This document shows positions 13,175-26,800 of a DNA stretch of 64,000 nt, piece by piece. The number at the start of each line of letters is the position of its first letter. Position 1 is the first letter of the stretch. The notes beneath the pieces were generated by a model. The model made no database searches, was not told the origin of the DNA, and saw nothing but the letters and a program-made list of their open reading frames with translations. The position numbers and the translations under genes are program-made. The stretch lies in NCBI RefSeq assembly GCF_002113885.1, contig NW_018407511.1, positions 560,259 to 624,258 on the forward strand. The letters are read 5' to 3'. This DNA is from Mizuhopecten yessoensis (taxonomy: Eukaryota).

Positions 13175-14119
13175 ACAGATTGGTACACGATGGACAGTTA
13201 CCCTCGGATAGACCGGGGAATCTACTATTGTTTATAACAAATGCCGAAAACGAGGACTTGTCAGAAAAAAACATCATTAAAACGTAAAAAAAGGGACTGA
13301 AATATTTTGTTTTTATTTTTTCTACTTGTACGTACCATTTCAAAGTTTAAGCTATACCCGGATCGTTCATGATTTTGTGGCAAATAAACATGTATGATGT
13401 ACTGTCAGAACTTAATTTGTTTTACAAATCAAACAATACATGTTCGTGAACACCAAATTATACATTTTACGGTTAAAAGAGTATTTGCTACAAATGTTAA
13501 TGTAAATATATAAATTAGTTTATTGATAGTTATAAACCTTAAAATCACTTACATGGTAAAATAATACTTGAAGTGCATTGAAATGAATTTACCTATCTAA
13601 CGTGACCAGGGTGTACCCTTAAATGATATGGCTATGAATCATGGGTTGAGTATTTGATGATAAAATCTTCTTGACATTTATAACCATTGTAAATATTTCA
13701 GAAATTTAAGTCTTCACTTTTCACATTTGGTCATTTAAGTTTACACGTAAACTCCTGTGATAACAGTACAGTGTTTACTTGGTAATATTTGGTCTACTAT
13801 CGCCTTACTGTGGCCTCACCTCAGCCGATCGGGACCTATTATTAGCTTTCCATGTTCTATTTTACAGTTATTAAATGCCTTCCTATGGTAAAGTAAAAAT
13901 ATTTGACCCGAATTGTTGGTAAATTATCATGTATTATATTGCACGAGGCTGCCGACTTATAACACATATTTTCTATGTCAAAATTCTGGTACAAGTCTTT
14001 ATATGATAAATACCAGAAAAATATACTGCTATGAATGCAAATAGGTCAGTATCATTTTGAAGCTTCTCCTCTCACCATCGTAAAAAACACGTTTATATGA
14101 CGCAAGGCTGTTCCATGAA

Positions 14120-16370
14120 TATCTTACTGTGGTCTACTCTTTGCTAACCGATATCTATTCTCAGTTAACCGTAATGTATTCCCAGCTAAACACAGTCTTT
14201 TCCTAGATAACCACAGCCTATTTTCAGTTAAACGTATTTTTTTCTCATGTAATCACAGTCTATTTTTTCTCAGCTAATCGCAACCTAATCTCAGCTAACT
14301 GCATTCGATTCTCAGCTATTTTCAGCTAACCTGGATTTTTTCTCAGATAACCGTGGTATATTCTCAGCTAACCGAGGTCTATGCTCAGCTACCCGTGGTA
14401 TATTCTCAGCTAACCGTGGTATATTCTCAGCTAACCGTGGTATATTCTCAGCTAACTTGGTCTATTCTCAGCCACCGTGGTCTATTCACAGCTTACCGTG
14501 GTTTAATTTCAGCTAACCGTGGTCTATGCTCAGCTAACCTTGGTCTATTCTCAGCTAACCGTGGTTTATTTTCAGCTAACCGTGGTCTATGCTCAGCTAA
14601 CCTTGGTATTTTCTCAGCTAACCGTGGTATATTCTCAGCTGACCTTGGTCTTTTCTCAGCTAACCGTGGTATATTCTCAGCTTACCTGGATTTGTTCTCA
14701 GATAACCGTGGTCTTTTCTCAGCTACCGTGATCTATTCTCAGATAACCGTGGTCTTTTCTCATCTAACGTGATCTATTCTCAGCTAACCTTGGTCTTTTC
14801 TCAGATCAACGGTCTAATATCAGCTAACCATGGTTTATTCTCAGCTAACCTTGGTCTATGCTTAGCTAACCTTAGTCTATTCTCAGCTAACCGTGGTATA
14901 TTCTCAGCTAACCGTGGTCTATTCTCAGACAACCTTGGTCTATTCTCAGCTAACTGTGGTCTATTCTCAGCTAACCTTGGTATATGCTCAGCTAACCTTG
15001 GTCTATTCTCAGCTATCGTGGTCTATTCTCAGCTTACCGTGGTCTATTATCAGCTAACCGTGGTATACTCTCCGCTAACCTTGGTTTATTCTCAGCTAAA
15101 CGTGGTTTATTCTCAGCTAACCGTGGTCTATGCTCAGCTAACCTTGGTCTATTATCAGCTAACCTTGGTCTATTCTCAGCTTAATGTGGTCTATTCTCAG
15201 CTAACCGTGGTCTATTCTCAGCTAACCGTGGTCTATTATCAGCTTACCGTGATCTATTCTCAGTTACCGTGGTATACTCTCAGCTAACCTTGGTCTATTC
15301 TCAGCTAACCTTGGTATATTCTCAGCTAACCGTGGTATATTCTCAGCTAACCATGGTATAATCTCAGCCACCGTGGTCTATTCTCAGCTTACCGTGGTCT
15401 ATTCTCAGCTAACCGTGGTATACTCTCCGCTAACCTTGGTCTATTCTCAGCTAAACGTGGTTTATTCTCAGCTAACCGTGGTCTATGCTCAGCTAACCTT
15501 TGTCTATTATCAGCTAACCTTGGTCTATTCTCAGCTTAATGTGGTCTATTCTCAGCTAACCGTGGTCTATTCTCAGCTAACCGTGGTCTATTATCAGTTA
15601 CCGTGGTATATTCTCAGCTAACCTTGGTCTATTCTCAGCTAACCTTGGTCTATTCTCAGCTAACCGTGGTACATTCTCAGCTAACCATGGTATAATCTCA
15701 GCTAACCTTGGTCTATTCTCAGCTTACCGTGGTATATTATCAGCTAACCGTGGTCTATTCTCAGTTACCTTGGTATACTCTCAGCTAACCTAGGTCTATT
15801 CTCAGCTAACCGTGGTATATTATCAGCTAACCGTGGTCTATTCTCAGTTACCTTGGTATACTCTCAGCTAACCTAGGTCTATTCTCAGCTAACCGTGATA
15901 TATTATCAGCTAACCATGGTATAATCTCAGCTTACCTTGGTCTATTCTCAGCTAACCGTGGTCTATTATCAGTTACCGTGGTATATTCTCAGCTAACCTT
16001 GGTATATTCTCAGCTAACCATGGTATAATCTCATCTAACCTTTGTCTATTCGCAGCTTACCGTTGTATATTATCAGCTAACCTTGGTCTATTCTCAGCTT
16101 AATGTGGTCTATTCTCAGCTAACCGTGGTCTATTCTCAGACAACCTTGGTCTATTCTCAGCTAACTGTGGTCTATTCTCAGCTAACCTTGGTATATTCTC
16201 AGCTAACCGTGGTATATTCTCAGCTAAACATGGTATAATCTCAGCTTACCTTGGTCTATTCTCAGCTAACCGTGGTACATTCTCAGCTAACCATGGTATA
16301 ATCTCAGCTAACCTTGGTCTATTCTCAGCTAACTGCAGTTTATTCCCAGCTAACTATGACTTATTCCCAA
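14120..16370 (+). repeat. 21-bp minisatellite, about 100 copies, degenerate edges
   Basis: Unit TATTCTCAGCTAACCGTGGTC; gives the VVYSQLT / FSANRGL repeat ORFs; homogeneous core about 14340-16335. Confidence 0.97.
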
Positions 16371-17663
16371 TTGTTCCCTGTAATCACTTTCAAAAAAATT
16401 GGTATTACTATATATACTAGTCTTTCTAGCGACCAGAAACTTCATTAACCCTTATTTTTCAAACTTCTCTAAAGATTTCAATCTATTTTAAGTAATCTAT
16501 GATGTGTTTAGCGAATTTCTATACAACAGACATAGCAAAGAGCTTTAGTTTGTTTACTGAAGGTCCTTGATCCGGAAATGGTTGACATATTCTGAATGGT
16601 TCTTTATATAATTACGTACGGAGTCTAGTGTTACTAGGAGTACAAATCCAGAAGTCTTGTATCGCTTTATGTAGCTTTACCACTTCCTTCGGGAAAGAAC
16701 ACTTTTACATCAAACCTGTTAACGAAGTCAACCCTTGAGTAGTCCATTGATTCATTATATAATGTCATAGATATTTTAAGAACAATTTATAATAATACTA
16801 CCAACTTATTTTTGTTATCTGATTATGTTCTTAAGCTAACAAATCAATGCCAGTAATTTAAAGCGACATCAGAGGCTAGGTTAGATATGATAATCTGTAT
16901 ATGATGTCCTTGAATAGGATCTACCTTTAATACATCTCTCTTATAGAGCAGAAAATTAAACTCGTTAGGACTGTCGACCGCTACACACATAATATGATCG
17001 GGGTGAATATGGTCCCGCGGAAAACCTAATCTTCACTGTATAATTGGCTCTTGCGATTGCCCCGAGTGACAATTTATCCCATTATAGTCCATTTTCACTG
17101 GTGATCTAAATAATGTTGTAAACCATGGTCACTCACTCTAACGAGGAAAATTGATCTTAAAGGGGGCGGGGCAAATTGCTATATATTTCTGTCGCTAGTA
17201 ACGCAACGGAACAATGGACACACGGTCACTGGAAACGTTAGTGACTATCCCGTCATTTCGCTGAATTACATTGGATACAACAAGGGGCTTTTATACTTTA
17301 AGCGCCTAGCTCTGTTGAATGATGTCGTGTCCAATTTCACTTGTGATACTCACAGCGTAAAACATAAGGATTGAAAGTCAATTTCACCCGATATATTATA
17401 TTTGAAGCGTAAATGGTAATATTGACATTACGTGTTAACTGGGGAGAAGGTATTTGATCCGGACGTAGTGATCCATCGAGCGGACCGCCTGGCTAGAGAC
17501 ATAGAGACAAAAATCACACACCGCGTGATATCTCTGTGAACCTCAGTCGTTGTCGGTTTATTATAGGTGTTCGATCATTTACACGCTGTCTGTGTAAATA
17601 CATATCCGTCATCCGGCACTTACAACCCTTTTATTATTGTATTGATATTCCGCGCACGTCACG

Positions 17664-18365
17664 ATGGAAGGACAACTCAGTGCCGACAATCTGAAGGCAC
17701 ACGACGCACATCTAAAGGGGTCGGTCGGTATACAACCTGAAAGAGGTGCGGATAGCTCTACCAAGTCATCACTGACTCACAAAATGGGACTACCATCTAA
17801 CAAACTAAGCCTCAAGGATAGGCTTACCTTAGGGGGTCACTCTTTGACGGAAGACAAAAAGAGTGATGCTGGAAGTGGTTCGAGGCTATCGACCAGTATG
17901 AACAAAACGAGGTTCAGCCGCCTTCGAACTAAACTAAAGATACAAGGTCTTCTTGGCGGGACTTTATCAAAGGCAGGATCTGAGTCTGGTCATAAACCGA
18001 TCAAGTCGTTGGAGAATACCTACAAAGTAGAACCTGAGGATGGAAAGCAATTTTCTATATCTAAAGCCGAGCAGATTATGACGAACGTGTTCGATGCGTA
18101 TTTAAAAGGTAGACAGTATGACGCCAAAAGGTTTCGACTTCTGTCGAAATCTTTAGCAGACATGATCAAAGAGAGAATGAAACTAAGTGGCATTGCGCGG
18201 TACAAGATCGTAGCTACTGTGCTTATTGTGGAGGACTGTGGTCAATCCGTCCGACTGGGCAGCCGCAGTCTCTGGGACACAGAACATGATAACCACGCGA
18301 CTGTTGTATTCAAAGGAGATGGATTTGAAGCCGTCGGATCCATTTTCGCCACATTTTTCGCCTGA
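17664..18365 (+). CDS. Tctex1-domain dynein light chain (TCTEX1D1/DYNLT5-like), single coding exon, 233 aa
   Basis: ATG-to-TGA ORF; Ser/Lys-rich N-terminal extension followed by ENTYKVEP..YD..LADMIKERMK..RYKIVATVLI..GQSVRLGSRSLWD..DNHATVVF, typical of the Tctex-1 family. Confidence 0.9.
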   Translation: MEGQLSADNLKAHDAHLKGSVGIQPERGADSSTKSSLTHKMGLPSNKLSLKDRLTLGGHSLTEDKKSDAGSGSRLSTSMNKTRFSRLRTKLKIQGLLGGTLSKAGSESGHKPIKSLENTYKVEPEDGKQFSISKAEQIMTNVFDAYLKGRQYDAKRFRLLSKSLADMIKERMKLSGIARYKIVATVLIVEDCGQSVRLGSRSLWDTEHDNHATVVFKGDGFEAVGSIFATFFA

Positions 18366-19939
18366 CTTAAACTATCGGTGAATTGTTAATGGTGCTTGCT
18401 ATACGATATTACAATCGTTTGATACCATACCGTTCGGACATACGTCAAGTGTATGTTTCATGTATAAATATATATATATTGTTATCATTATAAGTGGATG
18501 ATTACATTGTGACTTTTTTTTCGTATTCGCAAGAGGTATATTTTCATTCTCTCTTGTGGGGTGACCGTAAAGGAGCTGATTATTTATATTTGTTGATGCA
18601 TTAATTCAAGATGGATATTTTTGCACTCCCAGATTTTGTAAAATATGTGTGAAAGGGGCACAAATTACGAGTGGAGTTTTACCATCTGTGTATCCTTAGA
18701 TATTTTTATTACATTCGAGGCAATGGCCGTGAAGAATGGACATCGTGCTTGCTTTTGTATGTCAACATTAACTGGATTCACTCTTTGAAGTCCTGTGATA
18801 AGCAGGAAGCAAATGGAAGAATATGTATGTCGCAGAAATAATCAGAGGTAATTGTGTCGCCGGAACGACCAACGGTACAATATGCAGTAACCAATGGTTC
18901 AGTGTGTTGCGAAAGCAAATAGTGTTTTGGGATATATTTTCTCAACAAGCACGTCATTTCAGAAGTGGTTGTGAATTGGTTATGTGTATTCGATTGGTGT
19001 TTGTATATCGTCAGTGTCCAATTGTCCGAAGTCGACAATTTGATTTAAAGGGATTATTATACTGACCGTTGCCGGCCAATCATGACCATTACTCCCTCCG
19101 GCCATGATCAGTTTATATTGCATATTGACATGACCTCATATTTACAAAACCTCAAAACATATTTGCAAAGGGACTTAAATCTACAACATAAACACTGTTG
19201 AAGATTAATCCCTAAGGTACATCATAAAGTTTGTGTTCAAACTATTCAGAGCTCGCGTGCTAAATCGTAAATGCATATATATGAAATACCATTGACTATC
19301 TTCTAAATGAGGTTTATATATATACATAAATACATTTCCGTCCATGAGTTATTAAAACGAAATTTCACTTTGATACATTATTTGTGATGATTTGTCCTTG
19401 TCGATAAAACAGTTTTATTTTAAAGGTATTTACCTGTTTAGATAAAACGTCACATAGGCAATATCTGTATGTACATTATGCACCCATCATTTACGACTTC
19501 ATGTTATATATTTGAAAGCGATATTTGATATTCTCACCAATAGCTGTGATAGTTGGATCATATTCGATGGCTATTTTGTTTACACTTTGGTTGGCATGAC
19601 AACCCGAGGCGTTGTTGATAGACTTCAGTATCGACATGGAACGGCATGATAATTGATCTATTTGACCAACTAATGGATTCCACTCGGCAGAAAGAAAACC
19701 GGCCTTATCGCCCACACACACTCTAGGTATATAATGAAATCTACCTTATAGTATTCACACACCCTAGGTGTAAATCAGATTGATAGTAAACTTACTTATC
19801 GGCCCCATGGAACGCCAAATTAACATATATATATATATAAATAAGTTCAACTTTCTTCGAATAATTAAAGACTACAATCAAATAAATACAAGTTAAATTC
19901 CAGTGAGAAGTCTCCAGTTCACTCAGTATACGTATAAAT

Positions 19940-20590
19940 ATGTGTACCTATCTTTAATTATTTAAATTATCTTCAAATGAATTGGACCTATCTTTAATTT
20001 GGTGAATACAAAATAAAAATTATAATGTTCCCCCTGTTGAAGATATCTTCAATTGGTTGAAAATATCTTTAATTCAATTGAAGATGATTTCAATTCAATT
20101 GAATACATATATTCATTTTTGTAATTGAAGATATGTTTATTTCATCTCATTTGAAGATACCTCAATTGAATTAAGGATAGTATCTGTTGATACGAGTTAC
20201 TGATATCTTCAGCTCAATTGATGATATCTCAATTGAATTGTACCTATCTTCAAATGAAAATAACAAAGTCTCCCCTGTCGAATATATCTTCATTCGAATT
20301 CAATTTAATGGCATTTCAATTCAATTTAATACATATACAATTGCAAATAGGTTCAATTCATCTTATTCGAAGATACCTAAATTGAATTTAGGATAGTATT
20401 TCTTTATGTGAGTTACTTCGGTTCAATTGAAGATATATACAGTTGAATTGTACCTATCTTCAATTATTTGAAGATATGTGTAATTATTTGAAGATAGGTA
20501 TAATTATTTGAAGATAGGTGTTATTATTTGAAGATGGGTGTTATTATTTAAAGTTACGGGTAATCGTTTGAAGATATGTTAATTGAGTGT
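19940..20590. repeat. Fold-back low-complexity repeat element
   Basis: Recurring TTGAAGATATCTTCAATT motifs. Left-hand ACCTATCTTTAATT motifs are inverted relative to right-hand AATTATTTGAAGATAGGT 19-bp tandem units. Confidence 0.65.
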
Positions 20591-20835
20591 TCAATAGTTC
20601 TGATACATCCTAGATATATAACAATATATAAGAAATTCAATCTTATCCTCCTCATTCGCCTGTGTATATGTAGTACACACATCCCAGCCTTTTTATTCCT
20701 AAGCCTGGAGACTAAAAGTGTGTTTTTTTAAAGATTTCAATCTTTTTTCTTACCTTTTTTTCTTAAGACTTCTCCTGTTTTTGCAAGTCATGGAGCACAC
20801 ACACAGTCTTCTAATTCCTTAGACAGTGTGACCGA

Positions 20836-21060
20836 GAAAAATAACAGGAGAATACAGAAGTGTCAACAAAACCATAATTTGAACTCAAAATTGATAAAAC
20901 TAGAGCAAAATATGGACAAAGGAGAGATAAACATGAAGACCCCCGAAACAGTATAAGGAAAATAAGACCAGTAGGTCCGGAAGGGTAAGCGTCGTCAGCT
21001 TCGTCGACGATACCCGCCATGTTAATCTAGATCAAATTCAAGTAACGTCACGTCCTCACA
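20836..21060 (-). mobile_element. Solo terminal motif of the Penelope-like family
   Basis: Minus strand reads ATGGCGGGTATCGTCGACGAAG..GACGCTTACCCTTCCGG..TGGTCTTATT, homologous to 11620-11790. Confidence 0.7.
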
Positions 21061-23173
21061 CCGAGATATCAAGTAGTGCCAAAAAACCGCAATGCTCACC
21101 AGTGATTAGTGAGCATTGAAAAAAAAAACCATCGACCTTCATATCGAACAAAGAAATAGCATCTTTCCCTGTGAGATCGTGATGACGACCAACACAAGTT
21201 TGTTACTAATCGGTAACCTTATGATATGATTATTTCACTAATGAGCCAATAAGTATGCGAGTGAATAAATGTGATTAACTGATAACCCGGATGTGACAAG
21301 CAATACACAACGATGCCTTATCGGTTTACGTACTGCTTACTTCTCACTTCAAATCTAGACCAGACCGGCATTTATTTCTCATACAAATGGAGGAATAAGT
21401 AACGCGGAATTTCATTCCCTAGAGTTTATTACTGGGTTAAGGTAGAACGGAAGAGGAACCCGTGAATATGGGTCTTTAGGAACATTCACGAAGCTGTATC
21501 TACATCAATAGTCCCACATAAATGTTCCTGCAAGTGAAATATTTACTTGTAATTCCAGTTCTATTTATTCGTAAATCATTCAATGGACAAGTTCGGGTAA
21601 GTGTGTTTACACTTACTGGTGCCATGCGCAATGAATAATCTCGATTGCCCTGTCTTTGTATTGACTTTTGTCATCTATGTACTTTCTATAACTCCACCTA
21701 CTATATATAGACAGGCATCCACGTGTGACAATAAACACGACAGCATACGACAGCCCTGTTAAAACCCAATTTTTAATTAATTTGTCAGCATAGACCAGCA
21801 TTGCTTTAAGAAAAAAAATGGCATTAACACATTTAGATATATCTTGTAAGTTTACACCAATGTAAACGACTTTGTCAAGGTGAGATTCTTAGAAAATAAA
21901 TTAATAAAAAAGGTTATTTCACGCTTCGCTGCATTTATATTGCTCGTAGATATTCAAGCATTAGGTGTATACTTAAATTCAGTAATTATTAAAAGGGCCA
22001 GGTTATTTTTTTTAATTTGCTTGAAGCAGATCTACATCATTAAGGTTTAATCGAAATACCATCAGAAGTTTGCAATTTTGTCGAAATGAGATGTTTAAAT
22101 CGGAATCTAGTTCCAATTTAGACAGCAACAGATGATTTACATTTAGAAATATTCCAAAGATGATTAACTATTGCAGACAATTTTAACACGAAATATCATT
22201 AAATCAGAATGTTTAAAACTTAATTAAAATTCCATTGTAAGGTAGATCTGACTAGATTTTTTTAGTAATACATGCTTATGCTCATTTATTTGCAGGGGTA
22301 GTCAAGGAATAGAACGGACCATATGTAAGGTTATGTATCATATTTAACGTTGCAAACATATTTTACAGGCATCTATTAAAGGTAATGTAATATTTAAAGA
22401 TAGAAGAGATATGCTAATGCCAACTCTAATTATATGTGAGTAACGGGGTTTCCAAAGTAGTCCATATGTTAAGTTACATCCAACAGATATGTACAATATA
22501 GGTTATTAGTAAGGAACAATATTTTTTCTATGTCAAAAATAGGTCGACTTTGGCCCCACTTTTGAGTGATATGTAAAGTGTCATGGTTAGATCTTAAGAA
22601 CCAATTAACCTATCACGATGAGAATAACACCGTATTTTTGTAGGTGACAGTTTGCTAATGGCCAACAAGGAAAAGCACAGTAACAAAAGGCTTAAAGACC
22701 AAACTAAAATTTATTTACACAGTTTAAAAAAATAAAATATAAAGTAGTCTTTTGGTCTGTTTAAAACTCCCACACTTCAAACACTGGCAATAAAGATGCC
22801 ATTTAGCGTTGACACTGAAATTAGAGGACCCCTGTCCCTCGGGAAGGGTTTGAACCAAGAAATTATATTGTTTGTTAGCCGATTAATGCTTCGAACACTA
22901 TTTTTGTGAAATCTGTTATTTCGTTTTTGAGAAGTTGATTGAGTTGAGTAAATATTAAACGGTCAACAAAAGACGTACGACGCACGACGCACAATGACGG
23001 ATAAAAAAGGGTCAACGAGCCTCACTCAGGAAAGACTCGGTATGTCCTCTAAAGTATCCCAGCAGTAGCAAATGAAGAATTACAAAAGATGTTACGCGAA
23101 TCTGCTCCACAGAACTCAAATTACGCTCCTAAATTTAACATCCGAAATTTAACAAAAAGTTTTTACAAAACAA

Positions 23174-23630
23174 TTATTTCAACTCAAAATCGAAAAAAGG
23201 TAGGGCAATATATGGCCAAAGGAAAGACTTACTGATAAACTCTTGAAAACTTACGAGGATAATCAGACAAAGTACTCCGGAAGGATAAACGCATCTTCCT
23301 TCATCCACGACATCTGCCATGTAAATATAGATAAAACCAATTAAATGTGACGTCCTCAAAATGAGAACCAGAATATTCGCAATGAGATCATGCTAGCGAC
23401 TAAAAAACTTACCCACAGTCTTCCTTAAACTGCCTCTTTCGGACACTTCCGTTGTAAGTTTGCCCATCACCCGACCACCACTATCAAGAAATAATTATAT
23501 TCGATGAAAGACTTTGAAAACAATCAACTGCGACACGTAATCACCGTAGGTTGGGGGAAGTAGAGATGTTACTATAAAGAAAGGGATACCAGTCGTGATA
23601 AGTCTCATATCAAAACAGTCAGCCAGATAT
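23174..23630 (-). mobile_element. Penelope-like 3' remnant
   Basis: Minus strand carries a frameshifted PFLYSNIS..P.YGDYVSQLI (RT thumb-like) segment followed by the terminal motif. Confidence 0.6.
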
Positions 23631-23817
23631 TGACGGTAGTGGCCCCGTGAATGGTTACACAACAATCTATTTTTTCCAATAGCTAATTAATGTTACTAAA
23701 AAACAAGAGTAAATACCGGAAATAGCAAGTAAGGGCACACCTATTCAATCTCGTAATTATTATACAATTCCCAGTTGCTGTTGCTTTCAATAATAGGATT
23801 TAACAATTTTTGTATAT

Positions 23818-26800
23818 CACCACCGTTCTCGGGGCCACTACCGGTGCACCAGTACGTCTCGCCATTCTCGGGGTCACTACCGGTCCACCAGTACGTCCCA
23901 TCATTCTCGGGGCCACTACCGGTGCACCAGTACGCCTCACCATTCTCGGGGTCACTACCGGTCCACCAGTACGTCTCATCATTCTCGGGGCCACTACCGG
24001 TGCACCAGTACGTCTCACCATTCTCGGGGCCACTACCAATCCACCAGTACGTCTCACCATTCTCGGGGCCACTTCCGGTGCACCAGTTCGTCTCACCATT
24101 CTCGGGGCCACTTCCGGTGCACCAGTACGTCTCACCAATCTCGGGGCAACTACCGGTGCACCAGTACGTCTCACCATTCACGGGGCCACTACCGGTCCAC
24201 CAGGACGTCTCACCATTCACGGGGCCACTACCAATCCACCAGTACGTCTCACCATTCTCGGGGCCACTTCCGGTGCACCAGTACGTCTCACCAATCTCGG
24301 GGCAACTACCGGTGCACCAGTACGTCTCACCATTCACGGGGCCACTACCAATCCACCAGTACGTCTCACCATTCTCGGGGCCACTACCGGTGAACCAGTA
24401 CGCCTCACCCTTCTCGGGGCCACTACCGGTGCACCAGTTCGTCTCACCATTCTCGGGGCCACTACCGGTCCACCAGTTCGTCTCACCATTCTTGGGGCCA
24501 CTACCGGTGCACCAGTACGTCTCACTATTCTCGGGGCCACTACCGGTCCACTAGTACGTCTTACCATTCTCGGGGCCACTACCGGTGCACCAGTTCGTCT
24601 CGCCATTCTCGGGGCCACTACCGGTCCCCTAGTACGTCTCGCCATTCTCGGGGCCACTACCAGTCCACCAGTACGTCTCACCATTCACGGGGCCACTACC
24701 AATCCACCAGTACGTCTCACCATTCTCGGGGCCACTACCGGTCCACCAGTACGCCTCACCATTCTCTGGGCCACTTCCGGTGCACCAGTACGTCTCACCA
24801 ATCTCGGGGCAACTACCGGTGCACCAGTACGTCTCACCATTCTCGGGGTCACTACCGGTGCACCAGTACTTCTCATCATTCTCGGGGCCACTACCGGTGA
24901 TCCAGTACGTCTCACCATTCTCGGGGCCACTACCAATCCACCAGTACGTCTCACCATTCTCGGGGCCACTACCGGTTCACCAGTACGTCTCACCAATCTC
25001 GGGGCCACTACCGGTGCACCAGTACGTCTCACCAATCTCGGGGCCACTACCGGTGCACCAGTACGTCTCGCCATTCTCGGGGCCACTACCGGTGCACAAG
25101 TACGTCTCACCGTTCACGGGGCCACTACAGGGGAACCAGTTCGGCTCGCCATTCTCGGGGCCACTACCGGTGAACCAGTACGCCTCACCCTTCTCGGGGC
25201 CACTACCGGTGCACCAGTTCGGCTCACCATTCTCGGGGCCACTACCGGTTCACCAGTTCGTCTCGCCATTCTCGGGGCCACTACCGGTCCATCAGTACGT
25301 CTCACCATTCTCGGGGCCACTTCCGGTGCACCAGTACGTCTCACCATTCACGGGGCCACTACCGGTCCATCAGTACGTCTCACCATTCTCGGGGCCACTA
25401 CCGGTCCACCAGTTCGTCTCGCCGTTCACGGGGCCACTACCGGTGAACCAGTACGTCTCACCATTCTCGGGGCCACCACCGGTTCACCAGTTCGTCTCGC
25501 CATTCTCGGGGCCACTACAGGTGAACCAGTACGTCTCACCATTCTCGGGGCCACTACCGGTCCAACAGTACGTCTCACCATCCTCGGGGTCATTACCGGC
25601 GCACCAGTACGTCTCACCATTCACGCGGCCACTACCGGTCCACCAGTACGTCTCACCATTCTCGGGGCCCCTACCGGTGCACCAGTACGCCTCACCATTC
25701 TCGGGGCCACTTCCGGTGCACCAGTACGTCTCACCATGCACGGGGCCACTACCGGTCCATCAGTACGTCTCACCATTCTCGGGGCCACTACCGGCGCACC
25801 AGTACGTCTCACCATTCACGGGGCCACTACCAATCCGCCAGTACGTCTCACCATTCTCGGGGCTACTACCGGTGCACCAGTACGTCTCACCATTCTCGGG
25901 GCCACTACCGGTTCACCAGTTCGTCTCGCCATTCTCGGGGCCACTACCGGTGAACCAGTACGCCTCACCATTCTCGGGGCCACTACCGGTGCACCAGTTC
26001 GTCTCACCATTCTCGGGGCCACTACCGGTGCACCAGTACGTCTCCCCATTCTCGGGGCCACTACCGGTTCACCAGTTCGTCTCGCCATTCTCGGGGCCAC
26101 TACAGGTGAACCAGTACGTCTCACCATTCTCGGGGCCACTACCGGTCCATCAGTACGTCTCACCATTCTCGGGGCCACTACCGGTCCACCAGTACGTCTC
26201 ACCATTCTCGGGGCCCCTACCGGTGCACCAGTACGTCTCACCATTCTCGGGGCCACTTCCGGTCCACTAGTACGTCTTACCATTCTCGGGGCCACTACCG
26301 GTGCACCAGTACTCACCATTCTCGGGGCCACTACCGGTCCACCAGTACGTCTCACCATTCAAGGGGCCACTACCAATCCACCAGTACGTCTCACCATTCT
26401 CGGGGCCACTACAGGTCCACCAGTTCGTCTCGCCATTCACGGGGCCACTACCAATCCACCAGAACGTCTCACCATTCTCGGGGCCACTACCGGTGCACCA
26501 GTTCGTCTCACCATTCTCGGGGCCACTACCGGTGCACCAGTACTTCTCACCATTCTCGGGGCCACTACCGGTCCACCAGTACGTCTCGCCATTCACGGGG
26601 CCACTACCAATCCACCAGTACGTCTCACCATTCTCGGGGCCACTACCGGTCCACCAGTACGTCTCGCCATTCTCGGGGCCACTACCGGTCCACTAGTACG
26701 TCTTGCAGTTCTCGGGGCCACTACCGGTCCACTAGTACGTCTCGCCATTCACGGGACCACTACCGTACGTCTCACCATTCTCGGGCCACTACCGGTCCAC

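Noticed and set aside
14353-15621. Repeat ORFs VVYSQLT / FSANRGL
   Set aside because: Products of a 21-bp unit with frequent 1-bp indels that switch frames, and mostly non-ATG starts.
18363-18392. Stop-codon readthrough at the Tctex1 TGA-C
   Set aside because: Context is TGACTT rather than TGACTAG, and the domain already ends at the usual position.
21850-22480. Possible second LINE remnant on the minus strand (MVRSI.DY-like)
   Set aside because: Only one frameshifted short motif; too weak to call.
23741-26596. Minus-strand NGETYWCTGSGPE and MVRRTGAPVVAPR ORFs
   Set aside because: Repeatedly broken by TAG/TGA variants; antisense shadows of the 39-bp array.
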